A stretch of DNA of 64,000 bases from IMG/VR virus record IMGVR_UViG_3300021408_000004, positions 2,983-66,982 of that record; one strand, written 5' to 3'. A program made the translations under genes and the position numbers. The stretch's first letter is position 1. Every line of letters starts with the position of its first letter. Shown one piece after another: positions 27,923 to 37,400 of the stretch. Under the pieces are notes generated by a model. It had not been told where the DNA came from, did no database searches, and saw nothing but the letters and a program-made list of their open reading frames with translations. This DNA comes from a virus.

Positions 27923-28339
27923 TTACCCGGCGGGCATCGTCAGGGTGCCGCTCGTGATCTCGACTTCCAGCCCCACGGAGATGGTGGTGGTGTTGAGGGT
28001 CAGCTGGCCCCCACCACCGGTCACCGTCACGGCGCCGTCGAGCACGGTGGCCCCGGTGCTGTCCTTCGCCCGGAACCAGCCGGCCACGCCGTCGTCGACA
28101 CCGGTGGCCGTCGGGATGGGGGTCACGTCGAGCGTCTTCACGCCGGTGACGGCCGCCGCGAAAGCGGGGTCCGACAGCGTGAACGTGAGCAGCAGGTCAC
28201 CGGTCTCGGCGTCGTTCGCGTTGGCGGGCTGGGCACCCGTGAACACGTCGATGGTGCCGGGGCCGGCGCCCGCGTCCAGGCGCAGACCGACAGCATCGGC
28301 GGCGACGTTCCTGGACGCGGTCGGGATCCGGGTGGCCAT
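27923..28339 (-). CDS. Virion structural protein
   Basis: FTGAQPANA...LL.FTL...GVAGWFR...DGAV; located in the structural operon. Confidence 0.65.
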   Translation of the reverse strand: MATRIPTASRNVAADAVGLRLDAGAGPGTIDVFTGAQPANANDAETGDLLLTFTLSDPAFAAAVTGVKTLDVTPIPTATGVDDGVAGWFRAKDSTGATVLDGAVTVTGGGGQLTLNTTTISVGLEVEITSGTLTMPAG

Positions 28340-28342
28340 GGC

Positions 28343-29002
28343 CTACGCCGCGGGCAGCGTCACGGCGCCGCAGCCGGTCTCGGCCGGCAGGGGGAGCCGC
28401 GTGATGTTGAACCCGCGGTGGGCGTCGGCGGGCACCTGGTTGATGAACTTGGTCGCGCCCGGCCCCGCCCCCCACAGCAGGTTCGCCTTCTCCGACCGGG
28501 CCAGGATCCGCCACTCGATGACGTCGCCGGTGATCGTGAAGTCGTTCAGGCGCCCGGAGGCCACGTGCGGCCACGCCCAGTACGCCGTGCGCGGGTCGTC
28601 CTCGGTGCACGTGTCGGAGTCGGCCTGCCACACCTCCAGGCCGAAGCGGGCGTCCACCGAGCCCTCCTTGACCCAGAACCCGGTGCCCGTCGCCGGGGTG
28701 CCGGTGACGATGATCTCCTGACCGGTGGTGATGGCCACCAGGTCGGGGTCGATCGCGCAGAGCCGGATGTTCAGCTCGTCACGGAGGAACTCGTCGTTCC
28801 CTCGGCGGTTCACACAGAACCGGCCGTCAGCCCGGCGGAGCTGGTAGGTGATGCCGTCCTCGTACTGGGGCGACACCTGGACCTCGACGAACCCGGCCGA
28901 CACGATCAACGAGCCCACGCCCGTCACGGGAGCGCCGCACTCGTCGAGCCGGATCAGACGGAACAGCGAGCCCTGGATTGGGGAGATGCACTCAGCTACC
29001 AC
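28343..29002 (-). CDS. Major tail protein
   Basis: RLDECGAP, GFVEV, ADGRFC, LCAIDPD, FGLEVW motifs of actinophage tail tubes. Confidence 0.75.
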   Translation of the reverse strand: MVAECISPIQGSLFRLIRLDECGAPVTGVGSLIVSAGFVEVQVSPQYEDGITYQLRRADGRFCVNRRGNDEFLRDELNIRLCAIDPDLVAITTGQEIIVTGTPATGTGFWVKEGSVDARFGLEVWQADSDTCTEDDPRTAYWAWPHVASGRLNDFTITGDVIEWRILARSEKANLLWGAGPGATKFINQVPADAHRGFNITRLPLPAETGCGAVTLPAA

Positions 29003-29399
29003 GGTCGGCCTCCACAGCCTTGTCGACGGCCACGACGATCTCGTCGCGGCCCATGGTGTCGGTCACAACCACCGGTAGCCCGGCGGCGGTCAGTCGTGCG
29101 GCGTAGCCCGCCCAGGCGTCCCGGGAAGAACCCTGGCCGGCCCTGGGCGGCGCTTCGCCCACCACCGAGACCGCTTCGGTGGCGTCGTCGGCCGTCACGG
29201 GAGGGTGAACGGCCGTCGAGCCGGGCAGCGGATCGCGCACGAGCTTGCTCAGCTCGCCCCGCTGCTCGTCGTCGAGGGCGTCGAGCCCCTCCACTTCGAT
29301 CTCGTTGGCGCCGAACGGGCGCCACACCAGGCCCGCCTCGGCGAAGATGCCCGCGCCCACCAGGAGCTTGGCCTGGCCCCGGAACCGGAGCCGGATCAC
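28992..29399 (-). CDS. Hypothetical virion-associated protein
   Basis: C-terminal SSRDAWAGYA...MGRDEIV helical motif; coupled GTG start. Confidence 0.55.
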   Translation of the reverse strand: MIRLRFRGQAKLLVGAGIFAEAGLVWRPFGANEIEVEGLDALDDEQRGELSKLVRDPLPGSTAVHPPVTADDATEAVSVVGEAPPRAGQGSSRDAWAGYAARLTAAGLPVVVTDTMGRDEIVVAVDKAVEADRGS

Positions 29400-30301
29400 G
29401 GCGCCTGCTCCAGAGCGACCTCGGCCGCTGCCAGGCAGCAGTCGAACGTCACCGAGTAGAGCCGGTACACCAGGTAGAGCGTCGTGTTCTGCTCGCGGCC
29501 CACGATCTCGCCGGGCTGGGAGCCCAGGTCCTGGAGCTGGCCGCGCTTCACCTGCACAGCCCCGGTGGCGTAGAACCAGCCGGTGCCGGCGCCCGGCGCG
29601 ACGCCGTCGGGCCCGGGGTAGGCGCCACCGGAGTAGGCGGCCACCCGGTTCCCGGCGAGCGTGCGGAGCTGCTCGCCCTCGCGGCGCACCACGTAGGCGT
29701 TGTCGAGCAGCGCCAGCGCCGCCCGCGGAACGTGGATGACGCCCTCGCCCCCGTAGCACTCGCCCAGGTAGCCCTCCAGCAGCGCCACCGCCTCGGCCGG
29801 CGTCACCGCGGAGCTGGTGACCTCGGTGGCCGCGAGCTGCTTGGTGGGCGTCACCGCGCCCTGAGGCAGCCCGGAGACCACAGCATCAGCGGCGAGGTGC
29901 GGGTACACCGTCGTCGCCGGCCCATCGGTCGGGTGCCCGGTCCAGAACACCCGCTCGACCGCCCGGGCCTCGCCGTCGGTCAGGCGCTGCTCGGCCCGGC
30001 GCTTGAGGTCCGCGAGGTCGTCACCGAACCCGACCGGTGAGCAGGGCTCCCAGCCGTAGACCCGGAACACGTCCTCGGTCCAGACGTCGATCCCGTCGCC
30101 CGTGGGCTCCCCGGTCACCGGGGTACCCGAGCACGGGATCATCGCCGTGGAACTGGCCGGGCCACAGACCCGCGTCACCCGCATGGTGCCGTGCGTCCAC
30201 TCCCGAGGGAGCGTCGCCGGCAGCTCGGCCGCGGTCAGCAGACCGAACCGCAGGGGGGTGAACGACGGCCCACCCTCCACTAGTGCGTACTGGTCAACCA
30301 T
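29396..30301 (-). CDS. Major capsid pentamer protein
   Basis: FGLL, CSPVG, E.RAVERVFW, LLEG, GVIH, GAYPG, WFYATG; directly after the main capsid gene. Confidence 0.65.
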   Translation of the reverse strand: MVDQYALVEGGPSFTPLRFGLLTAAELPATLPREWTHGTMRVTRVCGPASSTAMIPCSGTPVTGEPTGDGIDVWTEDVFRVYGWEPCSPVGFGDDLADLKRRAEQRLTDGEARAVERVFWTGHPTDGPATTVYPHLAADAVVSGLPQGAVTPTKQLAATEVTSSAVTPAEAVALLEGYLGECYGGEGVIHVPRAALALLDNAYVVRREGEQLRTLAGNRVAAYSGGAYPGPDGVAPGAGTGWFYATGAVQVKRGQLQDLGSQPGEIVGREQNTTLYLVYRLYSVTFDCCLAAAEVALEQAP

Positions 30302-30332
30302 CGTTCACCCTCCCCTCGTCTTCCCCGTGGAC

Positions 30333-32150
30333 CTAGGCGCCCACGGTCCCGGCCACCTGGGCACCGGTGGTGCCGGCGGCGAACATGTTGGCGAAGTTGA
30401 TGCGCAGCGCCCGGTTGCCTCGGGCACCGATCATCGACGCCTCCTCCGACCACGCGGCCGTGAAGTCGTTCTGTGCGTTCAGCACGCTGTCACGCACCAC
30501 GCCCAGGTTGAGGTTCATGCCGCCACCGCGAAAGAAGTGCCCCGGGGGGTACATGCGGACGTAGAACGACGACGGCCACGCCACGGGGGCCGTGTCGGCA
30601 CCCATCGTCCCGGCGGGAGCGGCCCAGCCGGTCGCGTGCTGCCAGTCCTCCGTGAACACGCCCCGGAGGTTGCGCAGGTCGAGCTGCCGCATGATCCAGC
30701 TGTCGGCCACCGACAGGTCGTCCCAGGCGTTGCGCTTGGCCAGGTCCGACCGCAGCAGGCCCCGGAGGAACACCGGGATGTCCACCTGCATGACGGCGTT
30801 CTCGGGCATCCCGAGGCGCAGGCGCTCCGACGTGGCGGCCAGCTCCAGCGCACCCAAGAAGTGGGTCGTGGCGGAGCTGGAGGCGCCCATGGTCGGGGTC
30901 TGGGCCACGATCGTCGGGTGGGCGTCCATCAGGGCGCCGTGCCGGCGGTTCATCACCCGGGCGTGCGCCACCTGGACCAGCGCCAGGTAGTGCCGGATGA
31001 CCTCCGGGTACGCGTCCTGGGTCAGGTTGCCGGCCAGGACGCAGATGCCCAGGAGCCACAGCCGCTCCTCGTTGAAATCGGGGCACGGCGGGCGCAGGCA
31101 GCTCTTGACCGGGGTGTCACCGGTCGCGGCCAGGATGTCGTCGGTCTCGGTCCACAGCCACGGCATCGTGGCGTTCGTCGCCACACCGGAGGCGGCGACA
31201 CCCGACAGGCCGAAGAACTGGGCCAGGTCGAGCGACTCGGGCCAGCGGAGACCACCGCGCCGGATGCCGACGGTCGGGATCTCGATCTGGCCGGTCGGCG
31301 GGCCGGTGACGTCCCAGAACGAGTAGTCGATCTCGCTGGGGGCGCACCAGCCACCGGCGGCCACGAGGGCCTCCATGCCCGAGCGGGTGGCCGGGGCACG
31401 GGTCAGCTCGGCGAACGCAGCCTCGACCTCGGCCAGGGACGCGCCCTCGCCGATGACGTGCTCGTAGTTGCGGGCGATCGACGCCACCGGCATCGGCGAA
31501 CCGTTGCCGGAAGTGACGGCCATGGTGCGGGCCCGCTCACCGAAGGCGGCCACGAGGTCGTTCAGCGACTCCAGGCGCTGGCCGCCCCGGGTGGGGAGGT
31601 TGCCGGCGGCGGTGATCACCAGCTCGGCCATGTCGGGCCGGGCGGGGACGTCGGGGGCCGGAGCGTTGCGGGCGATGTCGGCCATCGACATCGCTGGGTT
31701 CATGGTGCCGGCCCGGGGGCGGGCGGCGACGGTGAGCGGGGCGCGGCGGGCGGCGGCGGCCACGGCCTCGACGGGGGCCTCTTCGGCCGGCGCCTCGACG
31801 GACTCGGCGGGGGCGGGCTCGCCCTCGGCGGGGGCGGGGTTCTCCTCGGGCACCGGCTCGGGCTCGGTCGCCACGGTGCCACGGGCGTCGAGCACGGCCT
31901 GGACGTGGCCGGCCTGGACGGCCTCGCGGCTTTCGATCTCGGTTCCCAGGGCGGCGATGGCCCCGGCCAGCTCACCGGCGCGGGCGCCGTCCTCGGCGGT
32001 CACGCTCGACGGGTCCGTCTCGGCGGCGTTGGCCAGCTCGTCGAGCGCGGCCTGGCAGCTCTCGCGGAGCGTCGTCAGCTCGGCGGGCTCCAGCGTGGAG
32101 AGATCCTCGGGGACGGTCAGGTTCGCGGGGGCCTCGGTGGGCTCGGGCAT
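30333..32150 (-). CDS. Major capsid (hexamer) protein with N-terminal scaffold-like region
   Basis: LVAAGGWCAPSE..Y, RGGLRW, K.C...CP.F.E.R, GNL...YPE, LGVVRDS.LN..ND. Confidence 0.85.
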   Translation of the reverse strand: MPEPTEAPANLTVPEDLSTLEPAELTTLRESCQAALDELANAAETDPSSVTAEDGARAGELAGAIAALGTEIESREAVQAGHVQAVLDARGTVATEPEPVPEENPAPAEGEPAPAESVEAPAEEAPVEAVAAAARRAPLTVAARPRAGTMNPAMSMADIARNAPAPDVPARPDMAELVITAAGNLPTRGGQRLESLNDLVAAFGERARTMAVTSGNGSPMPVASIARNYEHVIGEGASLAEVEAAFAELTRAPATRSGMEALVAAGGWCAPSEIDYSFWDVTGPPTGQIEIPTVGIRRGGLRWPESLDLAQFFGLSGVAASGVATNATMPWLWTETDDILAATGDTPVKSCLRPPCPDFNEERLWLLGICVLAGNLTQDAYPEVIRHYLALVQVAHARVMNRRHGALMDAHPTIVAQTPTMGASSSATTHFLGALELAATSERLRLGMPENAVMQVDIPVFLRGLLRSDLAKRNAWDDLSVADSWIMRQLDLRNLRGVFTEDWQHATGWAAPAGTMGADTAPVAWPSSFYVRMYPPGHFFRGGGMNLNLGVVRDSVLNAQNDFTAAWSEEASMIGARGNRALRINFANMFAAGTTGAQVAGTVGA

Positions 32151-32264
32151 CGGGTCGGTCCTCTCATGGACGCAAGGTGTGCGTGTAGGGAGTCGACCAG
32201 GTCGAGCACTGCGGGCCTCACCGGCGGGGACCAGGTCCCTGACCGAGCGGTGGCTAACTGCGGA

Positions 32265-32295
32265 GAGTATGCGCCCGCCACGGACGGGGTGTCAA
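32265..32295 (-). promoter_or_regulatory. Candidate capsid promoter
   Basis: TTGACA-N18-CATACT about 115 nt upstream of the capsid start. Confidence 0.5.
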
Positions 32296-32426
32296 CGCGG
32301 CCCCGACGCGCAACCGCCCCCCGGCGGCAGGTGTGCCAGGGGGCGGTGCGGGCCCGGAGAGGCCGATCAGGCGGGCAGAGTAGCCGCCCCCTGGGGAGAG
32401 GGGGCGGCCCCTGCCGGCGGGGGGAG

Positions 32427-32648
32427 TCAGGCCAGGGCGGCGCTCTCGGCCAGCTGCTCGTGGTGGGCCAGGTCGCGGTGGGCGGTGTCCAGCTTGACGG
32501 CCAGGTCGACGGAGAACATGCGGTAGTCGTGGTCAGTGATCAGGCCGCGCTGCGAGCGGAGGACGTTGGCGATGCGCTCCAGGCCGTTGACCCGCATGGC
32601 GGCCTTGCGGTGGGCGGTGGTCTTGTTGGTGGTGGTCGGTGAGGCCAT
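32427..32648 (-). CDS. Cassette hypothetical protein (MASPTTT...)
   Basis: ATG six nt after the -10; hairpin GCCGCCCC...GGGGCGGC at about 32383-32408. Confidence 0.7.
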   Translation of the reverse strand: MASPTTTNKTTAHRKAAMRVNGLERIANVLRSQRGLITDHDYRMFSVDLAVKLDTAHRDLAHHEQLAESAALA

Positions 32649-32654
32649 GGACAG

Positions 32655-32683
32655 ACAGTACCACGGTAACGGGTGACGTGCAA
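32655..32683 (-). promoter_or_regulatory. GTTACCG-box family promoter, leaderless
   Basis: TTGCAC-gtcacccGTTACCGTGG-TACTGT-N6-ATG. Confidence 0.8.
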
Positions 32684-33045
32684 CTACTCGGGCCCGGAGC
32701 CGCCCGGGTAGCCGGAGTCGGGCGGGGTCTCGGTCACCCACACGTCGTAGCGGTGGACGGGGGTGTCGGGGTCGTTCGGGTCCTCGTTCTCGTGGACCGA
32801 GGCGATGCCCCAGCCCATCGCGCACGTGTGGCACCAGGCGTAGAACTCGGGGTGGACGGAGCGGGCCAGCGGGCCAGGGGGCCGTGGCCCTGAGGGCAAA
32901 ACCCCTCGGACAGCATCACCTCGGCGATCCGTTCGTGGCCGGCGGCCACGAACCACTCGTCGGGGCCGGAGGTGAACTCGCGGCCCAGCGGGGCCCACGG
33001 CACCGGCCCGGGGTCGAGCCCGGGCCGGTCGGAGCCGGCGGTCAT
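32684..33045 (-). pseudogene. Zn-binding hypothetical gene frameshifted by an 8-bp tandem duplication
   Basis: CGGGCCAG twice at 32862-32877; removing one copy joins ...FCPQGHGPLAR to SVHPEFYAWCHTC... giving 117 aa. Confidence 0.6.
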
Positions 33046-33983
33046 CCCCAGGGGAGCCCGCGCTTGGCGGCGCAGACCGGGCCGTAGCCGACGGCGGTCG
33101 ACTCGGGTGTGTCCAGCGCCCGGGTGCAGAACACGCAGGCGTGGTACATGGCACCAAAGCGGGCGGCGTCCTCCGCCGTGGCCACCGTGGCGGTGGTGCA
33201 CCGGCCCAGGGCGCCCCGGGCGAACTCCCAGCCGGAGCCGTCCCACTGGCAGGCGTAGAACCGCTGCGAGCGCTGGCCCTTGTGGATCCGGTAGAACTCC
33301 CCGTCGATCACGTGCACGTCGCCCTTCTCCGGGGCGTAGGCGGGCGTGTCGTCGTTCGTGGGGTTGTCGTCGACCACCGGGGTGGTGCGACGGGGGAGGG
33401 CCAGCAGGCCGTCGATGATGACCGAGGCGCCCTGCTTGGGGTTGGGGAGGGTGTTGATGGCGGCCACGGTCGCGTCGGCGTCCATCGGCTGGGCGGTCTC
33501 GCGCTCGGCGATCAGGCGGCGCAGGAAGTCCTCTTGCGGGGCGGTCATGGCCGGGCCGGCAGCGGGCGCCACCGGGGCGGGCTCGACGACGGGGGTGCCC
33601 TGGGCGGGCGTGCCGACGGCGGGGCACTCGGACACCTTGTGCTCGACGGCCCAGGCCTCGCCCCGGCCACCGGCGTGGTTCTTCACGAGCAGGCCGGCCT
33701 CGGCCTCGACCCAGCCGGCGCAGCGCAGGCATTTGCCGGCGTAGCGGTTGGTGCGGGCCGGGCGGGCGGCGGGCGTCGCCGGGCGGCCGGTGGTCTCGTG
33801 GCGCTCGGGGGCGTCGATGTTGTCGGCCCGGTTGGTCGGGGGCCGGAAGTCGTCGAGGCCCCGGCCGATCGCCCAGGCGGGGACGACGTCGCACGGGTGC
33901 GAGAACACGTCGCCCAGGGTGGGGAACGTCCGGCCGCAGGCGCCGCAGTCGGCGGGGCGGTCGGTGGTGGTGCCGGTGAGCAT
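33042..33983 (-). CDS. DUF6011-like Zn-finger protein
   Basis: C-terminal CVFCTRALDTPESTAVGYGPVCA; also NRYAGKCLRC and N-terminal CGAC. Confidence 0.7.
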   Translation of the reverse strand: MLTGTTTDRPADCGACGRTFPTLGDVFSHPCDVVPAWAIGRGLDDFRPPTNRADNIDAPERHETTGRPATPAARPARTNRYAGKCLRCAGWVEAEAGLLVKNHAGGRGEAWAVEHKVSECPAVGTPAQGTPVVEPAPVAPAAGPAMTAPQEDFLRRLIAERETAQPMDADATVAAINTLPNPKQGASVIIDGLLALPRRTTPVVDDNPTNDDTPAYAPEKGDVHVIDGEFYRIHKGQRSQRFYACQWDGSGWEFARGALGRCTTATVATAEDAARFGAMYHACVFCTRALDTPESTAVGYGPVCAAKRGLPWG

Positions 33984-33989
33984 GGACAG

Positions 33990-34028
33990 AGCGTACCACG
34001 GTAACGGCCCACCAGCAAGCGCGGTAAC
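33990..34028 (-). promoter_or_regulatory. GTTACCG-box family promoter, leaderless
   Basis: GTTACCGCGC-TTGCTG-gtgggccGTTACCGTGG-TACGCT-N6-ATG. Confidence 0.8.
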
Positions 34029-34134
34029 GTCAGGGGAACCGCGAGGACAGCGACATACGACTCCCTACAACGCAGCAGGCCGACCCCCGGAGGGACCGGC
34101 CCACTCGCACCGTCCTGACGAACCCGTGCAGAGG

Positions 34135-34404
34135 CTAGACGGTGCGGAGCTTCCCCGGGTTGGCCTGCTGGTACGAGAACGCGCAGGCGTGGTCACCGAA
34201 GTACGCCACCTGCCCGTCGAGCACCACCCGGTACTTGGCCCCAGCGGGGATCTCCTCGACGCCGTCGCCCTGGACCACAGCGAGGGGCTCGCACGGCGGC
34301 GTCCCCCGGTGGGCGATCCCGGTCATGCCCTCGGCGACGACGTCACCGGAGGTGCGGATCCCGCGCCCGGCCCGTGCCGCCCGTCCACCGCAGCCGCAGC
34401 CCAT
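34135..34404 (-). CDS. Small MGCGCG-type protein
   Basis: Coupled to the protease stop; an MxCxCG start is common at this position in actinophage head modules. Confidence 0.65.
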   Translation of the reverse strand: MGCGCGGRAARAGRGIRTSGDVVAEGMTGIAHRGTPPCEPLAVVQGDGVEEIPAGAKYRVVLDGQVAYFGDHACAFSYQQANPGKLRTV

Positions 34405-37400
34405 CAGGTCCGGCCCCGTCGAGCAGCGGCCAGCACCCGGGCGGCCGGCGTGCGGCCGACCGACGCGGCGAGCCGGGAGATCGTGAGCGCCCGGAGGCGG
34501 GCGGCGTCGGCCTCGGCGGTGGCCACGTGCATCACCGGCACCGCGGAGGCCACGAGGGCGTCACCGCGGTAGCTGGTCGACGCGTGGGGCATCGCGAACC
34601 CGGGGACGGGCACGAGGAGCGCCGCTACCAGCTCCTGCCAGCCGGAGCGGTCCGGGTGCGACTGCCAGTCCCCGGAGCAGGTGCAGGCGAGCGCCCGGGC
34701 GATCGTGGCCGCGCTGGTGCCGGGGAGGACGTGGCCGGCCATCCAGACGCCACCGAGCCGCTTGGACTCGCCGACCGCGACCATGCCGAACACGGAGCAC
34801 GAGTTGTCGTAGTACTCGGGCGCGGTCTCGTGGCTGTTGCGGGCCATCGTGGCGTGGCCGCAGCCCATGGTGACGGGGCCGGCGGGTACCGGGCCCTCGG
34901 CGGCGACGGCCCACTTGCCCATGAACCGGGCGTAGTCGACGTTCCCCTCAGGGGCGAACTGGGTGCGCCCCGCCTTCGCGTAGGCCCGGTGGTTGGTGCC
35001 GAACGGGGCGACAAGCCCGTACAGGCGGCCCTCGTCGGTGATCGACAGGGCGCTGGTGATCTCGACGTCGGTGGGCTCCTGGAACCAGAAGGCCGGCGGG
35101 AGATCGGTCAGCGTGATGGCGTACGCCGCGGCGGTGAGCGCCGCAGCCTGGGCGCCGGCCATGACCTCCTCGACGTGCCGATCTTGCCCGCACCCTCCGC
35201 AGGAGCCGCCGCAGCCGCAGCCCTCGCCGATCCGGACGTGAGCGGCCACGGCCGGCGGGAGGAGGCCTCCGGTGGCCAGGACGACCTCACCAGCGGGCAG
35301 CTCGGCCGGCGCCGGAGCGGCGTCGGCGAACATGGCCACCAGCTCGGCCGTGGGCTCCAGCACGGCGTCGGCCTGGGCCGGCGTCGACACGGAGGTCAGC
35401 TCAGCCACGTTGACGCCGTCGAGGATCACCTTCTCCGGCTCCAGCAGGACCTCCTCGAACGGGCTGTCGGGGTCGATCTCCAGCATCGGGTCGGCGGCTT
35501 CGCCCGGCGCCGGCCACACGAGGGTGACCTTCGGCGCGGTCTCGTCGCCCCCGATGCTGACCCACCGGTCGAACCCGGCGACGGCCCGGCGGGCGTGCTC
35601 CATGGCGTCGGGGTTGTCGAGGTCGAGGCGGACGAACCCGTAGTCGGCGGTGGGGGTCTCGACGATGCGGGTCACCAGGCCGACGGGCACAACGCGGGGG
35701 GTGCCGCCGTGGGCGGAGCTGTTCACCTGGGAGTGGTAGGCGAACGGGGGCTCCCGGTAGGTCATGTTCGTGAACACCCGGCCCGAGTCGCGCAGGCCGG
35801 TCGCGACGCCCTGCCGGTGCATGATCGCCCGGAGATGCTCGCCCGGCTGGGCCGGCGGCCCGTCGTCGGTCTCGGCGCTGGCCGAGGCCGGGTCACCCGA
35901 GGCCGGAGCCCCAGGCTCGACGGCGGCGGTCAGCCCGTGTCGGACGAACGCAGCGTCGATCATCGCTGCCAGGTCGGCGCTGTCCATGTCGATGTCCTCC
36001 TCCGGCAGGGCGCCGGCCAGGGTGAAGTCGTAGGCCTCGGCGCCGCGCGTCACGCGGAGCCGGTCGAACGTGATGGGCCCTTCGAACTGCTGGGCCACCT
36101 GCTGGACAGTGCCAGCGGGGTCGGGCTGGTAGGAGAGGCACACGTGCGCCACCCACGGGGAGTGCTGCTCGGGCGGCATCCACAGACCCGCCTCACCGTT
36201 GGCGACCCCAGCCCGCTGGACCGTGACCCAGGTAGCCGCGTGGAGGGGCTCCAGGTCGGCGCCGCCCACGGACAGGACCAGACAGCTCTCGGGCCCGGAC
36301 ATGTTCCAGACCGCGGCGCCGAAGACGTTGGCCTCGACCGGAGGCCGGTCGGCGGCCAGCTGCTCGGCCTGGGCCAGCAGGGCGTCGAAGGTGGCGTCGG
36401 GGATCTCGGCGCCGTCGCCCAGGTAGGCGAGGGTCAGGTGGATGGCCTCGGGCGGTTCGCCCTGGGCGACCGCCCACGCCTCGGGGTCGGCCGGCACCAG
36501 CGCCACCATGGCGCCGGTGTGGGGCTCGCCGGTGGTGGTGTCCACCTGGGGCGGTCCGGAGACGGCGGCGGCGGCGAGGGGCTCGGTGGCGACGTCGTCG
36601 ACGATGCCACCCTGCTGACGGCCCTCGGCCAGGAGCGGATCAGCGGACTCGGTAAAAATGACAGTACACCTACAATTCCCGGTGACTAGGTTGTTGGCGA
36701 TGTACCACCCCGCCCCAGTGTCGAGGTTGTAGACCTCGTGGCCGCCCGGAAGCACCTCGACCTCAACGACCTGCGTCGGCGCTACGAAGAGGGCGACCCC
36801 GTGGCGACTATGGCCGCCGACCTCGGGGTCTCCCGACCGGTCATCGTCCGGCGCCTCCAGGAGCTTGGCCTTTCGGTTCGCTCGCGCGGTCAGGCCCAAC
36901 AGCTGCGTATGGATCGACTCGGGCCGGCCGAGCGCCTGGCATTGGCGGAGGCCGCCCACGCGGCCAGGCGGCGCCCCCTCGTCCCAGCCGGCCCCCGGAG
37001 CCCAGGAGCGGAAGCACGCGCCGTCGCCACCGCGGTCGGCCGCAGCCGCTGCGTGGGCCACGGTGAGGCCGAACTGATCGACCTGCTCCGGGGTCGCAGC
37101 CTGGACGTCGACCCCCAGGCTCCCGCTCACGGGTACAACATCGACGTGGCCGTAGGCCCCGTCGCCGTGGAAGTCCACTGGAGCGCCAGCCACCCGCTGA
37201 GGGGAGCCCGCCAGCGCCGCAAGCTCGTAGACCTCTGCGATCTCGGGTGGTGGGTCCTGTTCGTGTGGCTGTCCGGTCAGCTCCCCACGGAGCACACCGC
37301 GGACGCAGTCGTCGCCTACCTGGAGTGCGCCCAGCGTGCGCCAGCCGGCCACAGTCAGTATCGGGTGGTTCGGGGTTCCGGTCAGCTCGTCACCGGAGGC

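Noticed and set aside
34105-34135. CTGACGA as a hammerhead ribozyme core
   Set aside because: No GAAA partner or supporting stems nearby
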